NCBI RefSeq assembly: GCF_963921235.1 | Contig: NC_086107.1 | Location: 105,588,001 to 105,652,000, forward strand | Reading direction: 5' to 3' | DNA: 64,000 nucleotides | From: Mobula hypostoma | Taxonomy: Eukaryota | Shown: piece by piece, positions 12,301 to 27,300 of the stretch | Numbering within the stretch: position 1 is the first letter of the stretch | Layout: each line of letters begins with the position of its first letter | The notes under the pieces: generated by a model | Seen by the model: only the letters and a program-made list of their open reading frames with translations | Told to the model about the DNA's origin: nothing | Database searches by the model: none | Program-made: the position numbers and the translations under genes

Positions 12301-15300
12301 TATATTTCAATGGGATCCCCTGTATTAACTATAGTGAGTATAAACCCAAAGTAGTAAACCTATCTTCACACAGCAATCTCCACATCTCAGGAAATCAGTC
12401 TATTGAACCATCTCCAATAGACCCTCCCTTATGTAGACATCAGAGTAGTCCACAAGAGGTTGCATCCCAATAAGAGCATATCTTCCTCAATTTTTTTTTC
12501 ACTCCAATACTCTTGCAACAAAGGCCACTAGTTCACCATTCATAGAGTACTCCAGCTCAGATGCAGGCCCTTTGGCCCATCTAGTCCATGCCAACCTGGT
12601 CTTCTGTCCTGTATGACTCCTTGACTTTACGTCTTTGCTTGGAGTAGATGGGCCATGATGCTTTTCATTGATGGGGCAGGCTTGAGGGGTGAGTGGCCTA
12701 CGACAGTGGCTATTTCCATGTTTTCTTTGCCCGGATGGGGATGGATTTAACTTGGGTCAGGTGAGTTTGGGTCGGTTTAATATTATCCCTGAGCTTCCAT
12801 TCTACACAGGGCGCATGCTGGTTGTGAGAGAGTCTGGGACCGAGGCCCAGCGGACAGAACGAGTCTGGTCGCCACACGCACGGATTCAGTAAAACCTCGA
12901 ATTGTCCACTCACTGGAGTTGTTGTTGTTCTGGTTCTTCTCTCCGCTCTCACCCGAATCTGCATCAGAGACAACAGAGCAACCTTTGATCACTGAGGAAT
13001 GTTTGTGAAATCTCCGCGTGCTGGAGCTGCTCCAGCCCCATCGGGTTCTCGTTAAACCAGGGGAGGGTGGCAATGTGTGAGAGGGGCTCTCTGCACACAC
13101 CCCGTTCCCAGTTTTCCCGGGGCGTGCAGATTTGGGAACGGCTCTCAGATCCCGCTCCACCACCCTGGCACCAAGCAGTCCCAGAACCCAGGGCAGAAGC
13201 TGGACCAGACCCAGAGCGGACTGTCCCACTCTGCCCTGAGAGTCGACTGCAATCAATGGTCCAGCCACTCTGAACACAGTGCGATCAGTTCGTATACAGG
13301 GTCTTCCTTTGCTTGGTTGCACCCTCTCCAGACGCTGTCTGACCTGCTGAGTGTTTCATTCAATTTCTGTCTTTACTTCAAACCCTTTAATTCTCTAATC
13401 AAGTTCTTTAATTCCTCATGGTAGTGCTAGTGTGACGCTATTACAGTGTCGCCATTGGGAGTTCAATTCCGTCATCTATAAGGAGTTTGTACATCCTCCT
13501 TGTGGAATGCACAGATTTCCTCCAGGTGCTCCAGTTTCCTCCTGCAGTCCAAAGACGTTAGTGCATTTTGGTAAAAGGAACAATAGTGCAGACTATTATC
13601 TAAATGGGGAGAAGGTTCAAACATCAGAGGTGCAGAGGGACTTAGTGGTCCTTGTACGAGACTCCCAGAAGGTTAGTTTAAAGGTTGAGTCTGTGGTAAA
13701 GAAGACAAATGCAATGTTGGTATTTATTTCAAGGGGAATAGAATACAAAAGCAAGGAGATAATGCTGAGCCTTTATAAGACACTAGTCAGGCCGCACTTG
13801 GAGTATTGTCAACAGTTTTCGGCTCCTCATCTCAGGAAGGATGTGTTGTTATTGGACAGAGTCCAGGGGAGGTTCAAGGGGAACATTCTGGGAATGAAGG
13901 GGTTAACATATGAGGAGCGTTTGGCAGCTTTGGGCCTGTGCTCACTGGAATTGAGAAGAATGCGGGGGGGGGGATCTCATTGAAACCTACTGAACGTTGA
14001 AAGGACTAGATAGGGTGGATGTGGAGAGGATGCTTCCTATGGTGGGGGTGTCCAGAACTAGAGAGCACAGCCTCAAAACTGAGGGGTGACCCTTTAGAAC
14101 GGAGATAAGGAGGAATTTTTTTTTTTAGCCAGAGAGTAGTAAATCTGTAGAATGCTCTGCTGCAGACTGTGGTGGAGGTCAAGTCTGTGCGTATACACCT
14201 AACAGCACTGTGGGTGTACCTACAACTCAGGGATTGCAACTAGGGATGGGCAATAAATGCTGGTTTAGCTGGCAATGCCCACATCCTGTAAATGAATTAA
14301 AAAATATATATATTTTAGGCAGAAGTTCCTGATCAGTCAGGGCATCAAAGGATATGGCGAGAAGGCAGGTGTATAGGGTTGAGCCAAATCTGGGATCAGC
14401 CATGATGGAATGGCAGAGCAGACTCAATGGGCTGAATGGCCTAATTCTGCTCCCATGTCTTATGGTTAGTTGGTCATTGTAAACTGTCCTGTGATTAGGC
14501 CAGGGTTAAATCGGAGGTTGCTGGGTTCCACGGCTCAAAGGGCCAGAAGGGCCTATTCTGCACTGAATTCCAATAAATAAATAAAAATAAGTCATCTTCT
14601 TTGTTATTTTTCTAACGCTCTCTTTGTTAGCCTCTCGCGCTGCTGTGAGCAAATCGTGGGCGTTACTCCTCAATCCCCCGTTGCCCTCCCAGCCACCTTT
14701 AAGCTGTGCTCAGGAAACTGTGTCCTCCTCATTTTCCTCATCCCTCACTCCGATCGCGAGGTGTTTCATATGACAAAGGCCCCAGTTCCTGTGGATGACC
14801 ACAGCCAAAAATCCCCACACAGAGAGAAATCCACAAACCGTCATCTTCCCTGGATCCAGTCACTCGGATTTTCCGCTCGCCGCTCTCTTTGGAGTCTGAA
14901 ATGGAAATCGGCTTCTGATTAGAAAATAGTAAATAGGCGTGAAAGGTTCACAGTATCAAAGTGTGTCCTTGTTACTGTTCATCACACTTACACTTTGCAC
15001 TCCCCCTACCCCACGAGCTTTCCCATTACCCAATGGCCACTTATGGTGTGGGGTCAAGGTAGGGCTGTTCTCCTAGTCACAGTGTCTCCTGGGATGAATT
15101 TGCGCATTGGTCCTGGGTGTGAAGCAGGTACCCATGCGTCCAGGCCGGCGTCTATCTCTAACCTGCAGAGCTGCACACAGATCCAGCGTCTCCCCAACAC
15201 TCCACCCTGCCAGCTCCTCAGGTACAGGAACAGGGAGCCCAGCACTGACCCAGCAAAGGCTCACAGCATTGGGTTTCCACGCAAGGTCAATGGATCCCAG

Positions 15301-18300
15301 CAGATTCCCAGTGACTTTAGTAGATTAGATTAGATTAGATTCAATTTTATTGTCATTGTGCCGAGTACAGATACAAAGCCAATGGAATGCAGTTAGCATC
15401 TAACCAGAAATGCAAAGAATAGTGTTATTTACAAAATAACTGCAAATAAAAAGTGCTACAGCACACAAATATAAAAGTACTGAGACAGTACAGTACGGAT
15501 GCAATACTGCTTAGCGCTGTGATGTGAGGTTCAGCAGGGTCACAGCCTCAGGGAAGAAACTCTTCCTGTGTCTGCTGGTGTGGGAGCGGAGGCTCCTGTA
15601 GTGCCTACCGGATGGGAGGAAAGTAAAAAGTCCATGGTTAGGGTGAGATGCATCCTTGATAATGCTTTTCACCCTGCCCAGGCAGTGTTTATGGTAGATG
15701 TTCTCAATGGTGGGCAATTGGGTGCCGATAATCCGATAGTACAAACGGCAATGGGTTATTTACCAGTGAATGTGATAGGGAGACATTGTATATGTCCATA
15801 CCTCGAGCTGCAGAGTGACTTTCTTTTTCTCCAGAATCTGGAAAAGCAGGAAAAGAATTTCAGTTCACCAGTCACAGGACATTCTCTGTGTCCCATCATC
15901 AGACGGGTTCTAACACTCTCCCTCCCGTTTTAATGACATTTCACTCTAACCCAATGACGTACTGTTCACAGATCAGAACTACCTTTAGTGTCTGGCCCAC
16001 TCTCGTTCTCGGCAGAGTCTGAAACACAAGGAAGAGAAGTTCAACGTGGTCAGGTGACCAAACGGTTTTCCAAGATCACAGTCCCCCCTGTGAGCACCGA
16101 CACACCCAGCACCAGTTCAGGTAGATTATTTGCATAGGAACACATTGGATTTACAGCACAGTACCTGGCCGAGTGACCCGGCGGGATTGAACCGGAGGTT
16201 ATGCTCCACACCAGTATCCACTGAGCTTCCACTCCCTCCATTTATTTCACCCCAGAGTGTTTACCAGCTCCTCCCCCTTTGGGGTGGGAGTTTCATATTC
16301 TTTCAATTCTCTGCTTGAGGAAACCACTTCTTTAATCATTTTTTTCAGTCACTGGCAACATTACACTGATGCTCTTAGTCTGGTCTCAGAGACAGGGTTT
16401 AACATCCTTGCTACATTTCTCCAATTAGCACTTTTCATTACTTTCTGAATCAAACACTGTTTCTCCACTTTTCTGGAGTACGTCTCACTGGTCAATTCAA
16501 TTCTTCATGACAGTTACAATCTTCCAGTCCTGTGATCTGTGTATCCCACCACAATGCCTTCTCTAGGGCCCACCTCTTCTCCAGGACCCACCACTGCACC
16601 TTTCCAGGCTCCAGGGCCTGGGCCTTCTCCAGGGCCTGGGATCCCCTCTGTAATAGCTAGACCAGCCCAGTACCCAGGGTCCTTGGTTTGCTTCTACCAA
16701 TGCTTGGACCACTGCAACTCCTGCTCTCCTGAAATGACCTTATATTTAGTTTCCACTTTTTTCTATATTATCCAATATTGTGATTTTCAGCAAATTAAGA
16801 ACAAATCTCCCAGGTCCCTTTGCTCTTTCCCCTATCCTGTTTAGGCATTTTCTTTCTCTGGAGCCTGCGGGCTCATTATTTACACCAACGATAACAGGTG
16901 CAGCCCCCCCGGTTACGAGCGCACCATTGACGCCCATACAGAGAGAATCACAAACCGTCATCTCCTCCGGATCTGAGCTCCTTAATTTTCCTTTCGCCGC
17001 TCTCTTTGGAATCTGAAATCAAAGGAAAATTCTGGTTATAAAGTGGGAAAACGGATGTGGAAGATTCAGGGTGTCAAAGTGCGTTGAACCCACACCATGG
17101 CGTTTGCTCACACTCACACACTTGTACACAACCCACTGGCCCGGGTGTCTCCCCAAGTGAGCTGCATTTCCATCACCCAAAAACTCTGCTCGGGGAGGGA
17201 TTAGGGTCCTTCATCTCCCCGGGATACTGTGACTCAAACCCCAGTGTCTCAGGGGTGAGTGTAAGTCTTTTTTTCTTACGTCTAGTTAATTATTTTTAAG
17301 AGCAGGGGTTCTCAACTTGGGATCGATGGACTCCTCAGTCAATGGCAGGGGTGCATAGCATACCAAAGCTTGAGAATCCCTGAATTTAAAGGCATTGTGC
17401 AGAACAGGCTCCTCCAGCCCAATAAGCCACACCTCCCAGCAATCCCTCCAATTAATCCCAGCCCAATCACCGGACAATTTACAATGACCCATTAACCTAC
17501 TAACCGGTATGTCTTTGGACTGTGGGAGGAAACTGGAGCACCCGGAGGAAACCCGTGGGCTCACCCGCTCACAGGAGGGATATACAAACTGCTTACAGAG
17601 CACGCCGGAATTGAGCTCCAAACTCTGACGCCCCAAGCCGTATAGCGTTGCGTTAATTGCCAGGGCATCCTGACACTGGGACAGGTATCTGTGGGTGCAG
17701 GTTAGTTTTCCCCCAAGTGGCCACCGGTTTCAACCCAGTTTCCTGAGGGTTTGGTGGCCAGGGATGAAGATGACCCTCTCCCGTACACTCTGCCCTCCTG
17801 ACCCCTCAGGTACAGGAACAGAGAGACCAGCACTGACTCTGGGCTCACAGCTGTGGGCCTCCACCAAAGGCCAATGGATCCCAACAGACTCCCAGAATCA
17901 TTAGTACAATCGTCAGTGGATTATTCACCAGAGAATGTGATAGGGAGACATTGAAATCATAAACATCAATACCTCAAGCTACAGAGTGACTCTCTTCTTC
18001 AGCAGAATATGGAGAAGAAGGAAAAGAATTTCAGTTTACCAAGCACAGGACATTCTGTGTCCCATTATTAGATCAGTTCTAAACCTGTCCCTTCCGTTTT
18101 AAAAAAATTTTCACTCTATCCTGGTGATGTATCATTCACAAATCAGGAGAACTACCTTGAGCCCACTCTCATTCTCGGCAGGGCCTAAGAGATTCAGTGT
18201 CCTGACCACACGGTCAGTTACCAGACGGGTATCTAAGATCCCGCTCCCCCTGTGATCGCAGACACACCTGTCACCAAGGCAAGTGACGTTGCCTCGTAGA

Positions 18301-21300
18301 TTATCTGCACAGAAGCTCATTGAATTTACAGTGCAGGATCCGGCTGGGTCACTCAGTTGTACCAGGGTTTGTGCTTCACACCAATCTCCATCTCCCTCTG
18401 TCACCATATCCTTCAATTTATACCAGCTACCAGCTGTGGGAGGGAGTTGCACATCCCCACCCACTCTCTGCCTGGGGAACTCTCCTTCATTAAATCATGT
18501 AAGACCACTGACAATCCAGTCTTTGTTCTCAATCACGTGTGGTACAGTCTACCCCATAAACACCCTCTCAGTTTATCATGGGTTGTAGCTGGTCTTTCCC
18601 CTTCCTATTCACGTTTCCATTACATGTCAGTTTCTTGTTAGCCTCAGCATCCCTGTTATCATCCTTGATCCGAAATACGTTTATTATCAAAGTATGTATG
18701 AAGTACACAACCCTGAAATTTGTCGTCCCACAGACAGCCACGAAACAAAGAAAACCATGGAACCTGTTCGAGGAAAAACATCAAACCCCCAACGTGCAAA
18801 AAAAAAAGAACAAATCGCATAAGTGGGCAAAAAAAAAAGAAAGAAAAGCACAGATCTATTATAAAACAAACTATTAAAACAGTCCTGGCACACTCAGTTC
18901 AGTTTAATCTAGTGCTGTGTCGTTCATTAATGTTAGGCTGTAGAGCCAGTCCACCCCGATCAAAATTGCACAAAATAGCAACCAAAAAAAGGAGTGACCA
19001 GAAACCAGAAACACGTCATAATGTGAAGTACAGGGTCCAACGCACAAACCACATTGATTCAGCCTTGCCTAAGATCCAGGACTCTGTACCATCCTCCAGT
19101 GACATCAAGTGAGAGGCAGGAAGATCGTTCGAACATAGGGACCTTCCTCAGGGAGCAGTGGATGAGAGGGGGAGACAGAGAGAGATCAACACACGCAGAC
19201 AACTTCCTTCGGCAGCAGTGAGTGAGCGGGAGAGAGAGAGAGAGGGAGACCAGACACACGCAGGTAAACGGCGCTGAACACCCACTCGCCTTCGGTTCTC
19301 GTCCTCGATGATTTCAACCTTCCTGGACACTTTAATTGGCGAGACCAGCGGGAAATGGAGTCGATCATGGGCTCGCGCGGTGCCTCCGGGCGGCATGCTT
19401 CGCTTGAAACCTCACCAAACCACCCCCTTGGAGACAGCAAAGTGCCAGATCACTCAATCCAAAAAGCACACCGCCAAGATGTAGATCACAGGCTCCGAAA
19501 GTAGCAGAACCACATTTGAAAGAAAAAGAAGGGAAGGAAGTGAAAGAAATAGTTTCGTGAACCATCTGGAGGATGTCGCCCTTGGTCGTGTTGCTCACTG
19601 GCACCATCTTCCCGGATGGAGCACTGTGGTACCCGTCTGGTTTCCTATGCATTCTCTGTGACAGAGAGACGAGCTCTGTTATAGAGCCATCGAGACACGT
19701 AGCACAGTGACAGATGCTTTGACCTACTGAGGTAGCACCAACCATCACTGGGCCCAACATCTGGTACAGGTGCAGTTCAACTCCAGAAATAATTCTCCTT
19801 GATGATCTTCCCATTCACAGAGAAACTTCTCCATTCCAACACTTTAGTCTCAATCCAGCGGATTTTCTGTACTGTAGACGCAAGAAATTGCAGAACCTAG
19901 AACAGCACACAAAATGTTGGAGGACCTCTGTGGGTCAAACAACATTGATGAAGAGATATTGATTGTCGGCATTTGGGGTTGAGACCCTTCATCTGGACTG
20001 AAAGGATAGTGGGGAGAAAGCCAGTATAGAAAGGAGAAGTGAAGAGTTGGAAGCAGGTGAAAGGTGGATCCAGGTGAGGGTCTATGATGAGCAGATGGGG
20101 GAGATGATGGATGGAAGAGACAAAGCACTGAAGATGATGGAGTTTGACAGGAGATGAAAGTGGAATGTCCCTTTATATTTGGGTCTGTTTAAAGCGGGGT
20201 GGCAGGGTGGAGATATATCTCTACCAAAGAAGGTGCAAGGTGATCCTTCCCTCCGCTAGCCTTCAGTTCACCCTTGGGCAAGGTGTAGCACCTTCTTAGC
20301 CCCCCCGATCAGGGTCAGGTGAAACCATGGGAGCAGGTGGTAGATGGTCATATGAGCAGCTGGTTCATATCACAAGTCCTGGTTACGTGACCACCGACGC
20401 CAGGCAGACAATCTCTGAAGACTATTGATAATGGCTGGAGTTTCCCGTCTTGTGAAGACACCATCCAGAAGAAGGCAATGGCAAACCACTTCTGTAGAAA
20501 AATTTGTCAAGAACAATTTGCCAGGATGTTTAAAGCAAAGGTTGATAGGTTCTTGATTAGAAAGACCATTGAAAGTCCTGGGGAGAAGGCGGGAGAATGA
20601 GGTACAGAGGGAAAATAAATCAGCCATGACAGAATGGCGAAGCTGACTTAATGGGCCATATGACTTAATTTTGCTCTTATCTCTTATGGTCTTAAAGTCT
20701 TTATACCTTACTCCCCTTTCTCATCCTATCAGATTATACTCCACCTTTTATACGCACATCTTTCAGCCCAGATCAGGGGTTCCCAACCTTTTTTATGCCA
20801 TGGACCAATACCATTAACCGAGGGGTCTGTGGACCCTATGTTGGGAACCTCTGGTCTGGATGAAGGGTCTTGACCAGAAACATCAACTGTCCATTTCCCT
20901 TCCTTGATTTTCAAATGGTTGAATTTAATATCAGAGAATGTACAAACGTTTGTATATACAACCTGAAATTCTTACTCTTCACAGACATCCACAGAACAAG
21001 AAACCCCCAAAGAATGAATGACGGCAATATCAGAACCTCAAAGCCCCCCTCCCCCTCGAAGTTATTCCAATTAATACCCCAGATCACTTAATAGACTTTT
21101 GTTTAGATTATACACAATACAGTTATATAATAAAGTAGGTATGGGCACGTGGCCAAATGGTTAAGGCATTGGACTAGCGACCTGAAGGTTCTGAGTTCGA
21201 GTGCCAGCCGAGGCAACGTGTTGTGTCCTTGAGCAAGGCACTTAATCACACATTGCTCTGCGACGACACCGGTGCCAAGCTGTATCGGCCCTTGCCCTTC

Positions 21301-24300
21301 CCTTGGACAACATTGGTGTCATGGAGAGGGGAGACTTGCAGCATGGGCAACTGCTGGTCTTCCATACAACCTTGCCCAGGCGTAGTGAAGACTTTCCAGG
21401 CGCAGATCCATGGTCTTGCAAGACTAACGGATGCCTTAATAATAATAAAGTAGCCTTAATAATAATAAAGTATTAAAAATAATAAAATAATAAGTGAACG
21501 TGATATGTTTCGGGGGATTGAGGGGAGAAGAATCCGGTAAGTTTAAAAGGGCACAAGAGAAAGAGGTGTTTAATTCATTGTGCTTTAAGGGAATCTCTCC
21601 CGTCACAGATGCCATTGCTCATCCCACCTGCAGCCAGCCTTTTACGCCCCTCAATCCTCATCCTAATCTGTCCTGAAGGTATTTGCCACTCACACCCACA
21701 GGCTGTTTCATATGATAACAGACACACTCCCATATAATCCCCGCACAGAGAGATCTACAAACCATCATCAGCTAGCGATACGGCCACTTTGATTTTCATC
21801 TCACCGCTCTCTTTGGAATCTGAAATGAGAAGGTTATAACCAGCGTGGACGTGTTAAACTGTGTCAGTGTGATGCATGGATCTTTGATCAAGCTCACACA
21901 GCCACACCAATTGGGTACTGCTCCTCTATCATGTAATGAGTTCTTCAGGCCCCTGTAGGGCACCAGAGAGCGTTGGGCTCTGAGGTTTCTAGAGCACCTG
22001 AATTGGTTAATTGTTGTTTAATAACAGTCATTAATCATTTAGAGTTCCTTGTGTTTTCCTCTGTAATGTGTTCTCCTGGTGCTTTCTATTTAAGCTTGAG
22101 TTTATTTTGATAGGCTCATGGATTCCATGTTAGTTGTATTATTTAAGCGTAAGCCTGATTAGAAGGCAATGGCAAGCCACTTCTGTAGAAAACTTGCTAA
22201 GATCAAGCAAGGGCATGGAAAGACCGTGATTGTACATGTCATACGCCATGGCGCACAATGAATGCACGACTATGAATGGTGATTGATCTCGCAAGGTTAC
22301 CAATTGGTCAACGTCCATAACTGCTAGTCAATTCTGTATGAAAATGCCATTTCTCTGTTCAGACTTCAGGACAGTGTGGAGACAGGGCTGTTCTACTCGT
22401 GCACATTAGATTAGATGCGATTGAGGAATGTGTGTGTGTGTGTGTTTGTTTCTAGAGTTCAGTTAATGAGCCTTCCACCAGGACGTTGGGACAGTTGCAA
22501 ATGGATCCAGGCTGTCAGAGTCACAGAGAGCGATAGATTCAAGGACTCATTGAGTACTACAGTACAAAACCAGGCCTTTCAGCCCATCTAGTCTATGCTG
22601 AACTATTATTCTACCTAGTCCTGTAGACCTGCATCTGCACTGTAGTCCTCATTACCCTTCCCATCCATGTACCCGTCTCAGATGTTACAATCGAACCCAC
22701 ATCCACCACTTCCGCTGGCAGCTCACTCCACGCTCTCCCCACCCTCTGAGTGAAGCTCCCCCCTCATGTTCCCCTTAAACATTTCATCGTGCACCCTTAA
22801 CCTATGACCTCTAATTCTAGTCTCACTCAACCTCGGTGGAAAAGGCCCGCTCGCATTTACCCTGTTCATACCCCTAATGATTTGTACACCCTTATACAAA
22901 ATGTAAAGTTTGTGAGAAGATCTGCTAGAGGCATTAAAGCCGTGAAGGATATTAGCACTGTAGACAGGCAAAAACGGCTCCCATTTATGGAGGGATCAAG
23001 AACTAAGAATACGAATTGAAGAGAGATTGGCAAAAGAAACAAAAATGTTATTTTGCCTAATTCCATTTATCCACGTCCATGCCATAGACCACCATAACCC
23101 CTGCATTCCTTTACCATAGACCACCATAACCCCTGCATCCCTTTACCCACCCAAACTTCTCTTAGCAGTTGCAAATGAAGCTGCATCCACCAGTGTGAAA
23201 ATAGGATAGAGAATGGAATCAGGCCTTTCAGCCCACAGCGTCTGTGCTGACCATCAAAGTACATTTATTATCAAAGAATGTATAAATTATACAACCTTGA
23301 GATTTGCCTGCTTCCAGACAGTCACAAAGCAAGAAGCCCAAAAGGACCCAATTAAAAAGAGACCAACACCCAATAAGCAGAGAAAGAGGGAAAAAAAACA
23401 CAAATCATGCAAACAATAAAAGCAAGCAACACTCAGTCTACAGTAATGCTACATGAATCACATCTTTATTCTAAACTTCCGCTGCCCTGATTTTATCACG
23501 ATCCACACGCTAGGGACCAATTAACGCTCCAACTCGTACATCTCGGGGATTTCCGAGTGAACGGGAGCTTCTAGAGGAAACCCATATTTGAACAGACTTT
23601 ATTCTCTGGCGTGTAGGAGACTGGGGAGAGATTTGAGAGAGGTATACAAAATGATGAGGGGTATAGGTAGGTGAAATGCAAGGTGGCTTTTTCCTCTGAG
23701 GTTGGGTGAGATTAGAACTAGAGGTCATAGGTTAAGGGTGAACGGTGAAGGGTTTAAAGAGAACATGAGGGGAATCTTCTTTGCCAGTGCGAGCTGCCTG
23801 TGCAAACAGTGGATGAGAGTTCAATTTCAACATTTAAGGGAAATTTGGACAGGTACATGGATGGGAAGGGTATGGAGGACTATGGTCCAGGTGCAGGTCA
23901 ATGGGACTAGGCAGATTAGATGGGCCAAAGGGCCTGTTTCTGTACTGTGGTGCGATGTGAACTCTACAGCTCACGGGGAGACTACGGGGACTCCATGTGG
24001 ACACCAGTCAAGGTCAGCATTGAACTGTGGACACCAGCGCTGAGCGGCAGTGGGTCTACAGACCGACCCACTGTGCTGCCCGGTGTTTACCGTCTCAAAC
24101 TAGAACAACTCCAGCACCCTTGAAGGTCCTAACAGATTCCTGGCATCATTAGCACAATAGTTCACTGGTGAATATTACAGGGACGCATTGAAGTCATAAA
24201 TATCAATACCTCGAGCTGCAGAGAGACTCTCTTTTTCTGCAGATTCTCGAAAAAAAAGGGAAAGTATTTCAGTTCGGTAGTCACAAGAAATTCTTAACCA

Positions 24301-27300
24301 GTTCTCAGAGTAGTTAAAAACTTGCCCTCCCATTTTAATGACATTTCACTCTATCTAGGGGATGTTCTGGTCACAGATTGGAAGTACTGTACCTTTGTTA
24401 TCCGGCCCACTCTCATTCTCTGTAGAGTCTGAAACACAAGGAAGAGTGTTTCAGTTTCCTGATCGCACGGTCAGTTACCCGAACGGTTTTTCAAGATCAC
24501 TCTCCCCCAGCACCTGGGTAAGTGATGTTGCCAGGTAGATTATTTGCACAGAAGAACACAATCTACAGCACAGGATCTGGCCGAGTGACCCGGCTGGGCT
24601 GTACCAGAGTTTGTGCTTCACACCAACCTCCCCTGGACCTCCATCTCCTGCTGCCACCACATCGTGTGATCTACTTCACACCCTAGTGTATAACAACTTT
24701 CTCATATCCTTCCCCTGTGAAATGGAGTTGCACATCAACCCTCCCCCAGCCCCCGGCCTGCGGAAATCTCCTACATTAGATCAGACTAGATCAGTGGCCA
24801 TATTACATTGCCAGTCCAGTCTTTGATCTCAAACACATGTTGTACTGTCTACCCCACAAACACCCCCTCCTTTTGAGCCCAGATTGGTTCTGGACACTCG
24901 TTGGCAAGTATAGGTATCCGCAACAGGTCATTTCTTTTTTGTTTGTTGCCATGTTTGTATTGCAGGCCTTGATGACCGTTGTGGTACCTCGTCTGGGGTC
25001 TCAGTACTCAGGTTTAAAGTTCAAGGTTCGAGTTTATTTATCACACGTACATTGAAACGTACAGTGGAACGTGTCGTTTTGCGTTGGCAACCAGCACACT
25101 CAAGGCTGTGCTGGGGGCAGCCCGCAAGTGGCCCCCACACATTTCTGGCGCCAACACAGCATGCCTGCAACGCTCGGCAGAATTACGCAGAGCACCGCGT
25201 AGAAAGCACCAGAACAACAGCAGGGCAAGGCCCACTCCTGCCTCCCACCCACCCGTGTGCATACACGGTCACCTAACCCCAGGGCAGGCTATCTTTGTTG
25301 GCTTCCAACCTTCAGCGGAATTGCACTGGGACTCAGGCCCACAAACGTCAAGCCTCGACTTCCCCAGTGGATAGGGAAATCATCTCTGCCATCTATTTTG
25401 TACTTATTTTAAAAATACAGCACAGAACAGGCCCTTCTGGCCCAATGAGCTATACCTATTTAACACTAGACTAAGCACAGGACACTTAAACAACACACAC
25501 AAACTGCTGGTGAACGCAGCAGGCCAGGCAGCATCTATAGGAAGAGGTACAGTTGACATTTCGGGCCAAGACCCTTCGTCAAGACTATCTGAAGGAAGAG
25601 GTAGTAAGAGATTTGAAAAAGGGAGGGGTTGGGGGAGTTCCAAAATGATAGGAGAAGACAGGAAGGGGAGGGATAGAGCTGAGAGCTGGAAAGTGGATTG
25701 GCAAAAGGGATACGAGGCTGGAGGAGGGAGGGGATCATCGGACGGGGGGCCTAGGGAGAAAGTGGTGGGGGGGAAGCCCAGAGGATGGGCAAGAAGTTAT
25801 AGTGAGAGGGGCAGAGGGAGAAAAAAGAGAGAGAAAAAGGGGAAAGGGAAGGAAGGAAGGAAGGAAGGGGTATGAAGGGGAGGTGGGACATTAGCGGAAG
25901 TTTGAGAAGTCAATGTTCATGCCATCAGGTTGGAGGCTACCCAGACGGAATATAAGGTGTTGTTCCTCCAACCTGAGTGTGGCTTCATCTTTACAGTAGA
26001 GGAGGCCGTGGATAGACATGTCAGAATGGGAATGGGACGTGGAATTAAAATGTGCGGCCACTGGGAGATCCTGCTTTCTCTGGCGGACAGAGTGTAGGTG
26101 TTCAGCGAAACGGTCTCCCAGGACACTTAACAATGACCCAATAACCTACTAACAAGAGAAAGTCTGCAGATGCTGGAAATCCAAAGCAACACACACGCAA
26201 AATGCTGGAGGAACTCAGCAGGCCAGGCAGCGTCTATGGAAAAGAGTAAACAGTCGACGTTTCAGGCCGAGACCCTTCATCAGGACTGGTGAAGAAAGAG
26301 AGAAGTCAGAATGGGAAGATGGGGAGAGGGGAGGTAGAAGGTGATAGGTGAATCCAGTAGAGGGGGGAGGTTCGGGCCGGCTGGTGGCGCAATGATATCA
26401 GTGCCGAACCCGGGAGCGGAGGTTCCTGGGTTCAAAACCAGTCGGGTCCGCTCCCGAGTATGCTTTCCATCCGTGCCGGGTTGCGTGTCGAGATCGCAAC
26501 TCGACCTCGTAAAATAAAGAGAAAATACTCCGAAAATGTCTGCGTGAGGAGCGGCACCCCACACAGTCTCTCTCTCGCTCCACGCCTTGTAAAGGCCATG
26601 AGAAGGACATCATCACGGATGCACGTGTGGACACGCAGACGCGCACGCATGCACTCACCAAAGAAAAAGGAGAGGGGGGAGGTGGAGTAAAGAGCTGTGG
26701 AGTTGATTAGTGGAAGAGATAAAGGGCTGGAGAAGGGGGAGTCTGATAGGAGAGGCCAGAAGGCCCGGGAAGGGAAAGGGGAGGTGATGGGCAGGTATGA
26801 GATAAGGTGAGAGAGGGAAATGGGAATGGGGAATGGTGACGGCGGCGGCGGAGGGGCCATTACCGGAAATTCAGTCTACCGGAGTAACCTGCTAACCCTG
26901 TGGGAGGAAACCGGTGCATCCGGAGGAAGCCAACACAGTCATGGGGAAGAGCGCACAATCTCTTTATGCACCTCACCGGAGTTAAACTCCGAACTGACGC
27001 CCCAAGCTGTAACTGCATTGCGCTGACCGCTACGCTTCGGTGGCTTCATAGTGTCACAGAGCGTCACACAGCATAGTGATAGACCCCTTGGCCCACTGAG
27101 TTAGCACTGACCCAACATCCGGTACACGTTCCCTGTGACAACTCCGCTCTGTAATCCTCTACATAATTTCCATTGATGGTCCTCCCATTTACCCCAGCAA
27201 AATTCCTGTAACTGGTACGTAGGTGGTAGCAATCCAGCGGAATTTCCATACTATTGGATGTTACTTTACTCTAGCACACTTAACGGAATTTTGTTAGGAT

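Noticed and set aside
21142..21215. tRNA genes (also at ~26375, ~39716, ~40350-40420, ~50362)
   Set aside because: The tRNA-like heads run directly into SINE bodies, several with simple-repeat tails or flanking duplications; no clean cloverleaf was evident.
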